DNA of 64,000 nt from an uncultured Nitrososphaerales archaeon (GTDB lineage Archaea; Thermoproteota; Nitrososphaeria; Nitrososphaerales; Gagatemarchaeaceae), in assembly GCA_963706445.1 (NCBI GenBank), contig OY970160.1, positions 896,001 to 960,000 on the forward strand, written 5' to 3'. Under the pieces are notes generated by a model. It ran no database searches and was not told the DNA's origin. It was given only the letters and a program-made list of their open reading frames with translations. Each line of letters opens with the position of its first letter. Position 1 is the stretch's first letter. Shown piece by piece: positions 1 through 9,982 of this stretch. The position numbers and the translations under genes are program-made.

Positions 1-188
1 TTCATCGCCCCCCGCGCCGCTTCGATAGCCATGGTGACTGTGTCCTCGTCGGCTGCAGCCACTGCCTTTTCCACGTTGGGCCCGGACCCCCCTCCCTTCC
101 AGACCCTGGCTATCTCAGATGTTGGAAGGCGGTAATAGGGGATGTAGGCGCCGTAACCGAGAATGGCGGCATGGTTCTTGCTTTGCAT
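1..188 (-). CDS. Hydroxymethylglutaryl-CoA synthase, N-terminal part (runs off window)
   Basis: Manual translation from ATG at 188: MQSKNHAAILGYGAYIPYYRLPTSEIARVW...VEKAVAAADEDTVTMAIEAA, the typical archaeal HMG-CoA synthase N-terminus (GYGAYIPxYR, EKxV...DED..TM..EAA). Confidence 0.85.
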   Translation of the reverse strand, partial: MQSKNHAAILGYGAYIPYYRLPTSEIARVWKGGGSGPNVEKAVAAADEDTVTMAIEAARGAM

Positions 189-279
189 GAGATACAACGG
201 AAGTCTGACTAGCCGACCGACGGGTCTAAATAAATCATTGGCCGAAATTAGCCAATCGACGAACCTGGGTTAGACGGGC

Positions 280-489
280 TCAGATCGCTTTTATCTGCTT
301 GACAACCGCGGGCCTCGCTTTCTTGAAGACCCTGTATCCGCAGATGCACTTGACTTCTGGCAGCTTGGAGAGTTCTTCCTGGGTCGTCCGGGTCCCGCAC
401 CTGACGCATTCGTATACCGCTCCCGCGAACACCTTCGCCGGCGCTGCGGGCTGCGTGGGCTGCGGTTCCTTTGGAGATTCGATACTCAA
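280..489 (-). CDS. rpoP: DNA-directed RNA polymerase subunit P (Rpo12)
   Basis: YECVRCG...EVKCICGYRVFKKARP zinc ribbon; probable TTG start at 489 inside the longer 280..813 ORF. Confidence 0.85.
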   Translation of the reverse strand: MSIESPKEPQPTQPAAPAKVFAGAVYECVRCGTRTTQEELSKLPEVKCICGYRVFKKARPAVVKQIKAI

Positions 490-1110
490 TTCAAAATTCC
501 GCCGTGGTTGCTCGTATTTCTGTCTTTCCGGCCGGAGGGCGATAGCCGCTGGATTCCATTTCAGAGCAGCCTTCAGCAGCTTCCACTGGTAGTTGCTCGT
601 CCTCTTCGACCCCTCCCTGTCGTTGGCGTCTGACACATACGGGTACTGGACCAGCTTCGCCCCGGAGTCCAAGGCGTACCTCAGGATCTCGATGCGGATC
701 GTCATGTCCTCAGACTTCAGTGGGGGGAGGGACACCACGAATTGATTCGAGAGCCGGCAGAGCCCCCCGGTCGCGTCCTTGACCCGCCTCATCTTGATCA
801 AAGAAAAGAGCACTAAGAACGACTCCGACTAGATCCATATGTTCGCACGATAGGGGAGCACTAAGGCAGGCTCATCTTCGTAGAACGTCCCTGTGGCCAG
901 CTTGAGTATCTCCGCGGGGGGGTGGTATCCGTCAGTATCAGCCGTCACCAGGTCCATCCCTCGCTCGATGGCCATGCCTATCGCGACCTTGTAGGCACCT
1001 GCATAGTTCGGCGGCCGATTGACAAAGACCTCGTACCCTTCCCCGCCCGGAATCTCCACCTTCGGGGCCCACTCCGGGTGGCACATCAGGGAAACGAGGA
1101 CTTTCTTCAT
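490..1110 (-). pseudogene. GT2 (DPM1-like) glycosyltransferase interrupted by an in-frame TAG at 829-831
   Basis: 829..1110 carries ADTDGYHPP (DxD motif); the same frame continues after TAG into VKDATGG and runs without a stop into rpoP. Confidence 0.55.
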
Positions 1111-1154
1111 CTTACTGGCCTCGGACCGGTTCGTTCTATCAAGATGGACATGGG

Positions 1155-2267
1155 CTACAGGTAATCATGCGCTACCTTGGCAAACTCGTCCCCCACCTTG
1201 TGTAGTTCGTCGGCCGTGAGCCCAGGATAGACCGGCAGGGAGATCACGCGGCGGGTCGCTTCCTCGGTGCGTCTGAGTGTTTTCTTCGAGTATCCCAGCT
1301 TGACATAGAGCGGAGTCTTGTGTACGGGGGTAGGCCAGTAGACTGCGGCCCCGACGCCTGCCGCGTTGAGCGCCTTGAGTATCTTCTTCCTGTTCTTCTT
1401 GAGGTAGAGCGTGAAGAGGTAGAATACGTGAGTCCTGTCCCCGGCGTCCTGGGTGAAACTCGCTCCGTCCACCGAAGCGAGACTTTCCATCAGATATTTC
1501 GCGTTCTTCGCCCTCGCCCTGAGAAAGCCCCCGAGTCTGTCCATCTGAATGGAAGCGAGGGCGGCGCTCATCTCGGGGAGCCTGTAGTTGAACCCGAGGT
1601 GGCGCGAGTCATAGCCGTGCACCTGGCCATGGTTCCTGACCAGCCTGAGCAGGTCTGCCAGCTCGTCGTCATCGGTGGATACAGCACCCCCCTCCCCGGA
1701 AGTGACCACTTTCGTAGCGTACAAGCTGAAGCACCCTGCGTCAGAGAGCTTCCCTGTCTGCGTGCCCTTGTAGGTCGCGCCCAGCGATTCTGCCGCATCT
1801 TCTATCACCCTCACCGATTTGGACGCCGCGATCTCTCTGATTTCATCCATGTCCGCCGGGTAGCCGTAGATATGGACTGGGATGACAGCCTTCGTCTTCT
1901 TGGTGATCGCCTTCCTGATCTCGTCAGGGTCCATGTTGTAGTCATCCTTGATGTCGACGAACACAGGCTTGGCCCCGCACGCCAATACGACGTTGGCCGT
2001 CGCAAGGAATGTGAAGGACGGGACGACTACTTCGTCTCCGGGTTTGACCCCGAAGGCCATGAGGACTGTGTGCAGGGCAGCCGTCCCGGAATTTACGGCG
2101 ACCACGTGCTTCGCCCCGATGAGTTTCCTGACCTTCCCCTCAAAGGACCTGACCTGGGCCCCACCCTCGTAGGAGGCGTTGACAAGCATCCCCGAGGACA
2201 CCACATCAAGGACCGCCTTCTTTTCTTCCTCGCCGATGATCGGCTTGTTGATGGGGATGAAGGGCAT
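1155..2267 (-). CDS. DegT/DnrJ/EryC1/StrS family sugar aminotransferase
   Basis: NSGTAALH, VIPVHIYG, IEDAAES, SLYATKVVTSGEGG (PLP Lys) motifs. Confidence 0.93.
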   Translation of the reverse strand: MPFIPINKPIIGEEEKKAVLDVVSSGMLVNASYEGGAQVRSFEGKVRKLIGAKHVVAVNSGTAALHTVLMAFGVKPGDEVVVPSFTFLATANVVLACGAKPVFVDIKDDYNMDPDEIRKAITKKTKAVIPVHIYGYPADMDEIREIAASKSVRVIEDAAESLGATYKGTQTGKLSDAGCFSLYATKVVTSGEGGAVSTDDDELADLLRLVRNHGQVHGYDSRHLGFNYRLPEMSAALASIQMDRLGGFLRARAKNAKYLMESLASVDGASFTQDAGDRTHVFYLFTLYLKKNRKKILKALNAAGVGAAVYWPTPVHKTPLYVKLGYSKKTLRRTEEATRRVISLPVYPGLTADELHKVGDEFAKVAHDYL

Positions 2268-2331
2268 ACGAGCCTATAGCGGCCCCCATGCGGGCTTTAT
2301 TTGAGGGCTCCGAGTCTTTGGAGACTGCTGG

Positions 2332-2709
2332 CTAGTTCTCGGTGGCCTTTGAGCTTCTCGGCTTCGAAACCCCGGCGTAAAGCAATGCTAAGTGGGCGAC
2401 CGCAAGAACCGCGAACCCAGCCAGGGACGCTCCTGCGAGGTTTGAGAAAGCCCCTCCAAGGAACCCTGCCCAGGCGTACACCTGGTAGGCGGCAAGAAGG
2501 AAACCAAGCACGGCCGCGGAGATGGCCCAAGCCCAGGTTAGCCGCGTTGAGGGCCACATCTTGAGTTGGACCCCTGCGGCGATTAAAGCGACAACAGGCC
2601 AGAGTATCAGGGCAGAATCTGCGAGGACCACGACGGCCAGCCAAGCCACGCCCACGACGATGAACGCGTAGGGGGAGTAGGTCGACAGTGAGTCCAGTAT
2701 CTTGGACAA
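2332..2709 (-). CDS. Hypothetical membrane protein (about 4 TM helices)
   Basis: Hydrophobic ORF with host-like codon usage. Confidence 0.65.
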   Translation of the reverse strand: MSKILDSLSTYSPYAFIVVGVAWLAVVVLADSALILWPVVALIAAGVQLKMWPSTRLTWAWAISAAVLGFLLAAYQVYAWAGFLGGAFSNLAGASLAGFAVLAVAHLALLYAGVSKPRSSKATEN

Positions 2710-2797
2710 CTTGGGGGGCCGAGCCGGACACTCGATATAAATCGTCCGAATGTAGTTCTCTTCCCCACGGGTAGCCTTATTTGCCGAAGGGCCGGCC

Positions 2798-5353
2798 GTG
2801 CTCCGACCCCTGTTGTCTCTGCAGTCGTCGGCTCAAACAAGTGGGCTCGCCGCCAAACTGGCGGCGTTGACCCGGCCGGTCAGCGATCTGGAAGAAGGGC
2901 TCCTGGCGTCGGCGGCCTACAACGGGGACACGCGCAAAGCTCTGCTCAAGCTTTACGACCAGAAGGAGGGGAGGTTCTGGATCTGGGAGGACAACACAGG
3001 ACATCGTCCGTATTGTTATACTCGTCTGGAGATGGACGAGCTCAGGGCCATAGGGTCGAGGAAGGATGTCGTCGAGATAGTCGAGACGGAGCGGAGGGAC
3101 CTGCTCAACGACACGCAGGCGAAGCTGAGGAAGATAGTGACCACTGACCCTCTCGCGATAGGAGGGGGGAACGACAGCATACGTGACGTGATCAAAGCAT
3201 GGGAGGCGGACATCAAGTATTACGAGAACTACACCTACGACCTGGGCCTCAGGATGGGGACCTACTACAAGGTCTCCGGTGGGAAGGTCATCCCCGTAAA
3301 GCACGAGGTCCCCGAAAGGGTCACCCATTCCCTGGAGGAGATCACCAAACGGAACCCCCCTGAGTTCCAGCCCTACCTCAGGGAGTGGGCAGAGCTCCTG
3401 GGAGAGCCCCTGGCTGACTTCCGGAGGGTCGCCCTGGATATCGAAGTCGCCAACGAGGCCGGGAGGCTCCCAGACACCGACAACCCAGTCCAGAAGGTCA
3501 TCGCAGTCTCATTCTTCAACGAAGAGGAGAAGCTGGTGTATCTCCTACGCGCGGGCAAGGAGACCCGGGGGCTGAACGGGAGCGCGTTCACCTACGAGGT
3601 ATTCGAGAAGGAGGAGGACCTTATGCGAGCGGTTCTCTCAAAGATGATGGACTACCCAGTGGTGGTGTCCTTCAACGGGGACGACTTCGACCTGCGGTAT
3701 CTCCAGCACAGGGCGGAGAAGCTCGGCATAGGGGAGGAGGAGAACCCCATCCAGCTCGAGAGGGTGGCGGCATCGCTCAAGCATGGAATACACATCGACC
3801 TCTACCAATTCTTCCGCAACAGGTCCATCCAGGTGTACGCTTTCGGCAACAAGTACTCGGAGCACACCCTCAACGGGATATCCGAGGCACTCCTGAACAA
3901 GTCCAAGATCGATTTCGAGGGTGAAATCGCAAACCTCCCCCTGGAGGAGCTAGCGAAGTACTGCCTGAACGATTCGCAGCTCACCTACGAGCTAACCACC
4001 TTGAGCGGCTCGGTGGTGATGAAGCTCCTGCTCGTGATATCCAGGATTGGAAAGATGCCGATGAACGACGTGTCGAGGCTCGGGGTTTCGAACTGGATCA
4101 GGAGCATGCTGTTCTTCGAGCACCGGAAGATCGGAGCCCTGATCCCCCGCCAGGACGAGCTTTCGGAGAAGGGGGGCGCCTCCTCGCAGGCCATAATCAA
4201 GGGGAAGAAGTACAAGGGGGGGTTCGTCATCGAGCCGAAGCCGGGGGTCTACTTCGACGTCTCTGTGCTTGATTTCGCAAGCCTCTACCCCAGCCTGATC
4301 AAGGTGGACAACCTGTCCTACGAGACGGTGAACTGCATCCACCCCGAATGCAGGTCGAACAAAGTCCCCGACACTTCGTCCTGGGTGTGCACCAAGAGGA
4401 AGGGGATCGTCAGCCTAGTTACCGGGTCGCTGCGGGACCTCAGGGTCGCCCATTACAAGCCACTTACAAAAGATATGACTTTGCCTTCTGAGGATAGAGA
4501 ACTTTACAATGTTGTATCGCAAGGTTTGAAAGTTTTCTTAAATGCAAGCTACGGGGTGCTCGGCTTTGAGACGTTCGCGTTCTATTGCCTGCCTGTAGCA
4601 GAGGCCACCGCTGCTCTCGGCAGGGATGCCATAACCAGGACGATTGCAAAATGCGAGGAACATGGTATCGACGTTCTTTATTCAGACACAGACAGCCTCT
4701 TCTTGCACAGCCCGTCAAAGGATCAGATCTCTACCGTCACTCGATGGGCCGACAAGGACCTTGGAGTAGAGCTTGATCTCGACAAGGTCTACCGATATGT
4801 CGCGTTTAGCAGCAGGAAGAAGAACTACTTCGGCGTACTTCCAGACGGGACAGTCGACATCAAGGGCTTGACCGGGAAAAAATCGCAAACGCCCGAATAC
4901 CTCAAAGGTATCTTCTACCAAACCCTAGATACTCTTAGTAGGGTTAGATCAGACGAAGACTTCGAGAAAGCAAGAAAGGACATTCGTAGTCTGCTCACTA
5001 ATATGATCAGCGGCCTGAAGGGGAAGAAGGTCCCTGTCCAGGAACTGGCCTTTACAGTCATGATGGGCAAACCTACTGACAAGTACAATGGGACGACCCC
5101 CCAGCACGTCCGGGCCGCCCAGCAGCTGGAGGAGAGGGGGAGGGAGATCAAGGCCGGAGAGATCATTGCCTACGTCAAGACGAGGAACCCTCCATACGTC
5201 AAACCCGCCGAACTTGCCAGACCCGAGGAGATCGACGCCGACAAGTACATCGAATACGCCCACTCCATGTTCGACCAAATGCTGGATGCCCTAGACTTCA
5301 GCTTCGACGAGATAATGGGCGGGACGACGCTGGACCTCTTCTGGTCAGGCTAG
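2798..5353 (+). CDS. polB: Family B DNA polymerase (PolB1 type), no intein
   Basis: Exonuclease motifs DIEV and FNGDDFD; polymerase motifs DFASLYPS, KVFLNASYG, YSDTDS; exact start uncertain. Confidence 0.97.
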   Translation: MLRPLLSLQSSAQTSGLAAKLAALTRPVSDLEEGLLASAAYNGDTRKALLKLYDQKEGRFWIWEDNTGHRPYCYTRLEMDELRAIGSRKDVVEIVETERRDLLNDTQAKLRKIVTTDPLAIGGGNDSIRDVIKAWEADIKYYENYTYDLGLRMGTYYKVSGGKVIPVKHEVPERVTHSLEEITKRNPPEFQPYLREWAELLGEPLADFRRVALDIEVANEAGRLPDTDNPVQKVIAVSFFNEEEKLVYLLRAGKETRGLNGSAFTYEVFEKEEDLMRAVLSKMMDYPVVVSFNGDDFDLRYLQHRAEKLGIGEEENPIQLERVAASLKHGIHIDLYQFFRNRSIQVYAFGNKYSEHTLNGISEALLNKSKIDFEGEIANLPLEELAKYCLNDSQLTYELTTLSGSVVMKLLLVISRIGKMPMNDVSRLGVSNWIRSMLFFEHRKIGALIPRQDELSEKGGASSQAIIKGKKYKGGFVIEPKPGVYFDVSVLDFASLYPSLIKVDNLSYETVNCIHPECRSNKVPDTSSWVCTKRKGIVSLVTGSLRDLRVAHYKPLTKDMTLPSEDRELYNVVSQGLKVFLNASYGVLGFETFAFYCLPVAEATAALGRDAITRTIAKCEEHGIDVLYSDTDSLFLHSPSKDQISTVTRWADKDLGVELDLDKVYRYVAFSSRKKNYFGVLPDGTVDIKGLTGKKSQTPEYLKGIFYQTLDTLSRVRSDEDFEKARKDIRSLLTNMISGLKGKKVPVQELAFTVMMGKPTDKYNGTTPQHVRAAQQLEERGREIKAGEIIAYVKTRNPPYVKPAELARPEEIDADKYIEYAHSMFDQMLDALDFSFDEIMGGTTLDLFWSG

Positions 5354-5976
5354 GCCCCAAGCTTCCTTCCGAGCCTTGCCTCGGCAGAGTAATTCAATAT
5401 GGGTCCCGCCGACAGGTTGCTGTTCCCGATTATCGTTATGACCCCCTCGGGGGTCCTGATCCATGTGGTTCTCAGGGAGAGCTTCACAACCCTCCCCCGG
5501 ACCCCGCTGGGTCCCCCATACTGAATGTCGTCCCCAAGGCGGATAATCCCGTCGTTGAATAGAAGCACACCGGAAATCACGTTGGATATGGTCGTCTGGA
5601 GCGCCAAGGAGATGGTGAGCCCAGCGATTCCAGTTATTGTCAGGGTCGTGATCTCGGACGAGATGCCGGTGATGTACGCCACTATGGAAACGACTCCTAT
5701 GGCCATTAGGACCCAGATCCACTGGCGGACCGTGTTGGCGAGACCCTTGGACGCTCCGGCCTTCAGCGCTATGGTGGTAACGAGCCTTGAAAGGAGGGTC
5801 CCAACTACCAGAGCACCTGCGACCGTCCCCATGATTTCAACTACGACGACCCACAGAGGCATCGAGGTGGCGCCGGACACCGCGGTCGATGTCGAATTTG
5901 TGCTGCTGGTGGTCGCAATCTGCAGAAGCAAAGCAATGGGAGTTTGGAGCAAGCCCTCATGCAGCCTCCGTACCAT
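5350..5976 (-). CDS. mscS: Small-conductance mechanosensitive channel family protein
   Basis: GIAGLTISLALQTTISNVISG...IRLGDDI...GRVVKLSLRTTWIRT. Confidence 0.88.
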   Translation of the reverse strand: MVRRLHEGLLQTPIALLLQIATTSSTNSTSTAVSGATSMPLWVVVVEIMGTVAGALVVGTLLSRLVTTIALKAGASKGLANTVRQWIWVLMAIGVVSIVAYITGISSEITTLTITGIAGLTISLALQTTISNVISGVLLFNDGIIRLGDDIQYGGPSGVRGRVVKLSLRTTWIRTPEGVITIIGNSNLSAGPILNYSAEARLGRKLGA

Positions 5977-6138
5977 TCAGGGAAAAACGTTTTCGATGGC
6001 TCAGGGGGTTTGGACCCCCAGGGAGAAGCATTCCATAAAATTGGCGAGGTCCTCTGAAATAGAACCCGTCAATCCGCCGGCGCTGTCGAAAGTCAGTCGG
6101 TCATAGAGAAATAGCACTCCATTTACGGGGCGACGCAG

Positions 6139-6981
6139 TTGCCTGCACAACAAGTGAAGCTGGGCCTTGTTCAGATGCGGATGTCGGAAAGCTCTGATAA
6201 CAACCTCGAGAGGGCGCTTTCAGGAGTCAAGGAGGCAGCTCGGCAGGGAGCCGATATCGTCTGCCTCCCTGAGCTGTTCGCTTGGCGGTACTTTCCTTCG
6301 ACGAGAGGTTCCCGGCAGTCCCCCGAGACAATCCCCGGTCGGATGAGCAGGGCTCTCTCAGGTTCGGCGAAGAAGAACGAGGTCGTCGTCGTAGGCGGGA
6401 CGATTTACGAGGAGTCAGGGAGTTCGAGGTTCAACACGTGTCTGGTCTTCGACCGCCGAGGGAGGACAGTATCGAAGTACAGGAAGGTGCACATCCCACA
6501 GGACGACCACTATTACGAGCAGGACTACTTCGCCTCAGGGGAGAAATATGCGGTAGCCCGGACCAGCCACGGCACCCTGGGGACCCTCATCTGCTTCGAC
6601 CAGTGGTACCCCGAAGCGGCCCGCATCGAAAGGCTGATGGGGGCGGACATCCTGTTCTATCCAACGGCCATCGGGTGGGTCAAGGGCATAGAGCCCGTCG
6701 AGGGAGACTGGAAGCAGGCCTGGGAGTCCGTCCAGGTGGGCCACGCCGTAGCGAACAGCGTCGTCGTCTGCACGGTCAACAGGGTCGGGAGGGAGGGGGA
6801 CACGACCTTCTGGGGAGGCTCCTTTGTCAGCGACCAGTTCGGAAAAGTCCTCTTCAGGGCAGGGGATGAAGAGGGGGTCTTCACGGTCGATTGCGACCTT
6901 CAACTGGGCAGGGTGGTGGAAGAAGGGTGGGGTTTCATGAGGAACAGGAAGCCTGGGTCCTACTCGCGGATAGGCAGGTAG
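6139..6981 (+). CDS. aguB: N-carbamoylputrescine amidohydrolase (carbon-nitrogen hydrolase)
   Basis: CLPELF, YRKVHIP, LICFDQWYPE, FYPTAIGW; adjacent to agmatine deiminase. Confidence 0.88.
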   Translation: MPAQQVKLGLVQMRMSESSDNNLERALSGVKEAARQGADIVCLPELFAWRYFPSTRGSRQSPETIPGRMSRALSGSAKKNEVVVVGGTIYEESGSSRFNTCLVFDRRGRTVSKYRKVHIPQDDHYYEQDYFASGEKYAVARTSHGTLGTLICFDQWYPEAARIERLMGADILFYPTAIGWVKGIEPVEGDWKQAWESVQVGHAVANSVVVCTVNRVGREGDTTFWGGSFVSDQFGKVLFRAGDEEGVFTVDCDLQLGRVVEEGWGFMRNRKPGSYSRIGR

Positions 6982-6987
6982 CCCAGG

Positions 6988-8013
6988 TTGAGCGACGACA
7001 CCCCGTTTTCGATGGGGTACAAGATGCCCGCCGAATGGGAGCCTCACAGGGGGACCTGGCTCTCGTGGCCGAAGGACCCCAACACCTTCCCGTCTGGCAT
7101 CCTCCCAAAGGTCGAAGCCGCCTATGCGAAGATGGCGGGAGCCCTCGGGAAGGGAGAGGAAGTGAACATACTCGTCGATGACGAGAAGGCTGAGACCAGA
7201 GCGAAGTCCATGGTCAAAGGGGGAGGGCGGGTCGCATTCCGAAGGATCAGAACTTTGGATGTGTGGGTCAGGGACTACGGCCCGATCTACGTCAAGGGGA
7301 AAGACCTGGCGCTCACCAAGTGGGTCTTCAACGCCTGGGGGAACAAGTACGACGACCTGAAGCCAGACAACGAGTCGGGAGAAGCGATCGCAAGGTCTAC
7401 CCGGCTCAGGACCTTCAGGCCCGGGCTGGTCCTGGAGGGGGGGTCGGTGGACGTAAACGGAAGGGGGACCCTTCTCACCACCGAGCAGTGCCTGCTCAAC
7501 CGGAACAGGAACCCGACCCTCGATAGTGCTGGACTTTCGAAAGCTGTCAGGGACTACCTAGGGGCGTCCCACATCCTCTGGCTGGGCCGTGGGATAGAAG
7601 GGGACGACACAGACGGGCATGTGGACGACATCGCAAGGTTCGTGGGCCCGCGCAGGGTGGTCGCGGCCGTGGAGCCGAAGGAATCGGACCCCAACCATAC
7701 CCCTCTAGAAGAAAACCTGAGGGTGCTGAGGGAATCTAAGGACCAAGACGGGAAATCCCTCGACGTCGTTGAGATCCCGATGCCAAGGACGCTCAGGGCG
7801 GAGGACGGGCGCCTTCCCGCGAGCCACTTGAATTTCTACATAGGGAACAGGGTCGTGCTCGTCCCTACTTTCGGGGGAGACAGTGGCAGGGTGGCGCTGA
7901 GGGCACTAGAGTCTGAGTTCCCCAAGAGGGAGGTTTTGGGGGTCGACTGCCGGGCTCTGGTTTACGGCCTTGGGACCATCCACTGCGTCACGCAGCAGAT
8001 TCCAGAAGGGTAG
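6988..8013 (+). CDS. aguA: Agmatine deiminase
   Basis: MPAEWEPH, WVRDYGP, LEGGS, DDTDGHVD, GTIHCVTQQ. Confidence 0.95.
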   Translation: MSDDTPFSMGYKMPAEWEPHRGTWLSWPKDPNTFPSGILPKVEAAYAKMAGALGKGEEVNILVDDEKAETRAKSMVKGGGRVAFRRIRTLDVWVRDYGPIYVKGKDLALTKWVFNAWGNKYDDLKPDNESGEAIARSTRLRTFRPGLVLEGGSVDVNGRGTLLTTEQCLLNRNRNPTLDSAGLSKAVRDYLGASHILWLGRGIEGDDTDGHVDDIARFVGPRRVVAAVEPKESDPNHTPLEENLRVLRESKDQDGKSLDVVEIPMPRTLRAEDGRLPASHLNFYIGNRVVLVPTFGGDSGRVALRALESEFPKREVLGVDCRALVYGLGTIHCVTQQIPEG

Positions 8014-8016
8014 CGT

Positions 8017-9711
8017 CTACCTGTAGGCGGAGACATCGCCATTGACCCGGGCGATGAAGTCGCCTGTCTTGACACCGAAGGTCTGCTCTCCGGTCCGGGT
8101 CCGGACCGCGACCGTACCTGAATCCTCCTCCTTCTTCCCGACCACGAGCATGTAGGGTATCTTCTGGAGCTGGGCCTCCCTGATCTTGGCGCCCATGGTC
8201 CCGCTCGCAAAGTCTCCTTCCGCCCGGACTCCCCCCGCGGTGAGGGAGGTGAGCACCCCTCTCCCATATTCAACGTGCTCGTCGGATAGGGGGATCACCC
8301 GAGCCTGCACGGGAGACAACCACACCGGGAGCATCCCCTTGTAGTGCTCGAGCATCACCCCCATGAACCTCTCCAGCGACCCCAGTATGGTCCTATGGAG
8401 GACTATCGGGGTGTGCTCCTTGCCGTCGGAGCCCGTGTAGACGAGCTTGAAGCGCTTCGGCATCTGAAGGTCTAGCTGGAAGGTACCGCACTGCCATTCG
8501 CGGCCCAGGGAGTCTCTGATGTCGACGTCTATCTTGGGAGAGTAGAAGTTCCCCTCCTTGTCCTTGATTTCGTAGGTCCAACCCCGCAACTTCACAGTGC
8601 GGACCAGGGTGTCGGTGGCCCTCTTCCACTCCTCGTCGCTCCCCATTGAGTCGTCGGGCCTGGTGGAGATCTTCACCTTGTACTCTAGACCGAAGACCTT
8701 GTACACCCTATCCATGAGGTCGAGCATCTTGGAGAGCTCTGCCTCTGCCTGATCTTCGGTGGCTATGATGTGGGCGTCGTCCTGGGTGAGGACTTTGACC
8801 CTGAACAACCCGCTCGCCACGCCGCTGAGTTCGTTCCTGTAAAGCGGGTCGAAGGTGGCATACCTGACAGGGAGATCGCGAAAACTCCATTTTCGGGACT
8901 TGTAAACAAGGAAGGTCGAGGGACAGTTCATGGGTTTCAGCCCCATCTCCTCGTCCCCGAGGGCCGTGAGGAACATGTTGTTCTTGTAGTGCTCGTTGTG
9001 GCCGCTCACCTGCCAGAGGGCGGTGTTAGCCAGGGTCGGGGTGCTCACTTCCTGGTACTCTCCCTTGTTGAGCTCGGACCTGAGGAACCCGATGAGGAGG
9101 TTCCTCACCCGGAGGCCTTTATCGTGCCAGTAGACCATCCCTGGCGAGACTTCCTGGAAGCTGAACAAGTCCAGCCTCTCTCCGATGACCCTGTGGTCCG
9201 TGTCCGGAAGGTTCACGAAATCGCTCCGCCTGAGACGGGCCATGGCGGCCTCTGCTGTCAGCTCCCTCTTCGGCTTGGGCGGGGGGACGGGTTCGGCCCC
9301 TCCCTTCGAATAGCTCCTCGACATCTCAGCGAGCGGGTGCCCCTTCACCTTGATCTGCAGTGCCTTGGTCCATCCGAATGGCGCCCTCTTGACCTCCAGG
9401 CCTGCCAACGAAGCGCTCTTCTCCATCTCAAGTAGGAGGGCGAGGGCCTCCGAGGGCGGCGCGAGGTTCTGGCTCAAGTGAGCGAACGGATATAGCATCA
9501 CCCGGTTCGTCCCCAGCTTCCCTAGGAACTCTTTGGACTCGGCCACTGCTTTTTCGATGAGGGATTTGTCGTCCCCCTGCTCGAAGGCAGTAAAGAGGAC
9601 CACGATGTCGTCCTCCCGGACGGTCTTGGGCTCGATCTCCTCGGCCCCTCTGATTTCCTTTTTCACCGGGGTATACTCGACGAAGTCGGCGTGCATCTGA
9701 AGTATCTTCAT
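8017..9711 (-). CDS. thrS: Threonine--tRNA ligase with archaeal N-terminal editing domain
   Basis: YPFAHLS and APFGWTK editing domain; KPMNCP, YRNELSG, TQDDAH, WQCGTFQLD, HRTILGSLER. Confidence 0.96.
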   Translation of the reverse strand: MKILQMHADFVEYTPVKKEIRGAEEIEPKTVREDDIVVLFTAFEQGDDKSLIEKAVAESKEFLGKLGTNRVMLYPFAHLSQNLAPPSEALALLLEMEKSASLAGLEVKRAPFGWTKALQIKVKGHPLAEMSRSYSKGGAEPVPPPKPKRELTAEAAMARLRRSDFVNLPDTDHRVIGERLDLFSFQEVSPGMVYWHDKGLRVRNLLIGFLRSELNKGEYQEVSTPTLANTALWQVSGHNEHYKNNMFLTALGDEEMGLKPMNCPSTFLVYKSRKWSFRDLPVRYATFDPLYRNELSGVASGLFRVKVLTQDDAHIIATEDQAEAELSKMLDLMDRVYKVFGLEYKVKISTRPDDSMGSDEEWKRATDTLVRTVKLRGWTYEIKDKEGNFYSPKIDVDIRDSLGREWQCGTFQLDLQMPKRFKLVYTGSDGKEHTPIVLHRTILGSLERFMGVMLEHYKGMLPVWLSPVQARVIPLSDEHVEYGRGVLTSLTAGGVRAEGDFASGTMGAKIREAQLQKIPYMLVVGKKEEDSGTVAVRTRTGEQTFGVKTGDFIARVNGDVSAYR

Positions 9712-9723
9712 CCTAGGTCCACC

Positions 9724-9927
9724 CTACCAACGGGACCTTTCCAGGGACCTCGACTTCTTGGTCGCCTTCTTCCACGCCTTGTAATGATCTCTACAGAGAT
9801 AGACGCGCCTTCCATCCCCGCCCAGGCTGAGCCCGCTGCCACTGGTCTCAGACCGGCTGATCGACCTCTCGGCCGGGTTGCGGCACCCGGTGACGGTGCA
9901 CCCTACCCCCTTGTTCACCTTCCCCAA
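9724..9927 (-). CDS. Small basic putative Zn-binding protein
   Basis: TTG start; CTVTGC...YLCRDHYK (C-x4-C...C-x2-H); co-oriented directly upstream of thrS. Confidence 0.7.
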   Translation of the reverse strand: MGKVNKGVGCTVTGCRNPAERSISRSETSGSGLSLGGDGRRVYLCRDHYKAWKKATKKSRSLERSRW

Positions 9928-9982
9928 AGTATCCGCACGTCTCCCTCTCACTGTATATAAAAACGGCCGAGCATGGGTTCGC

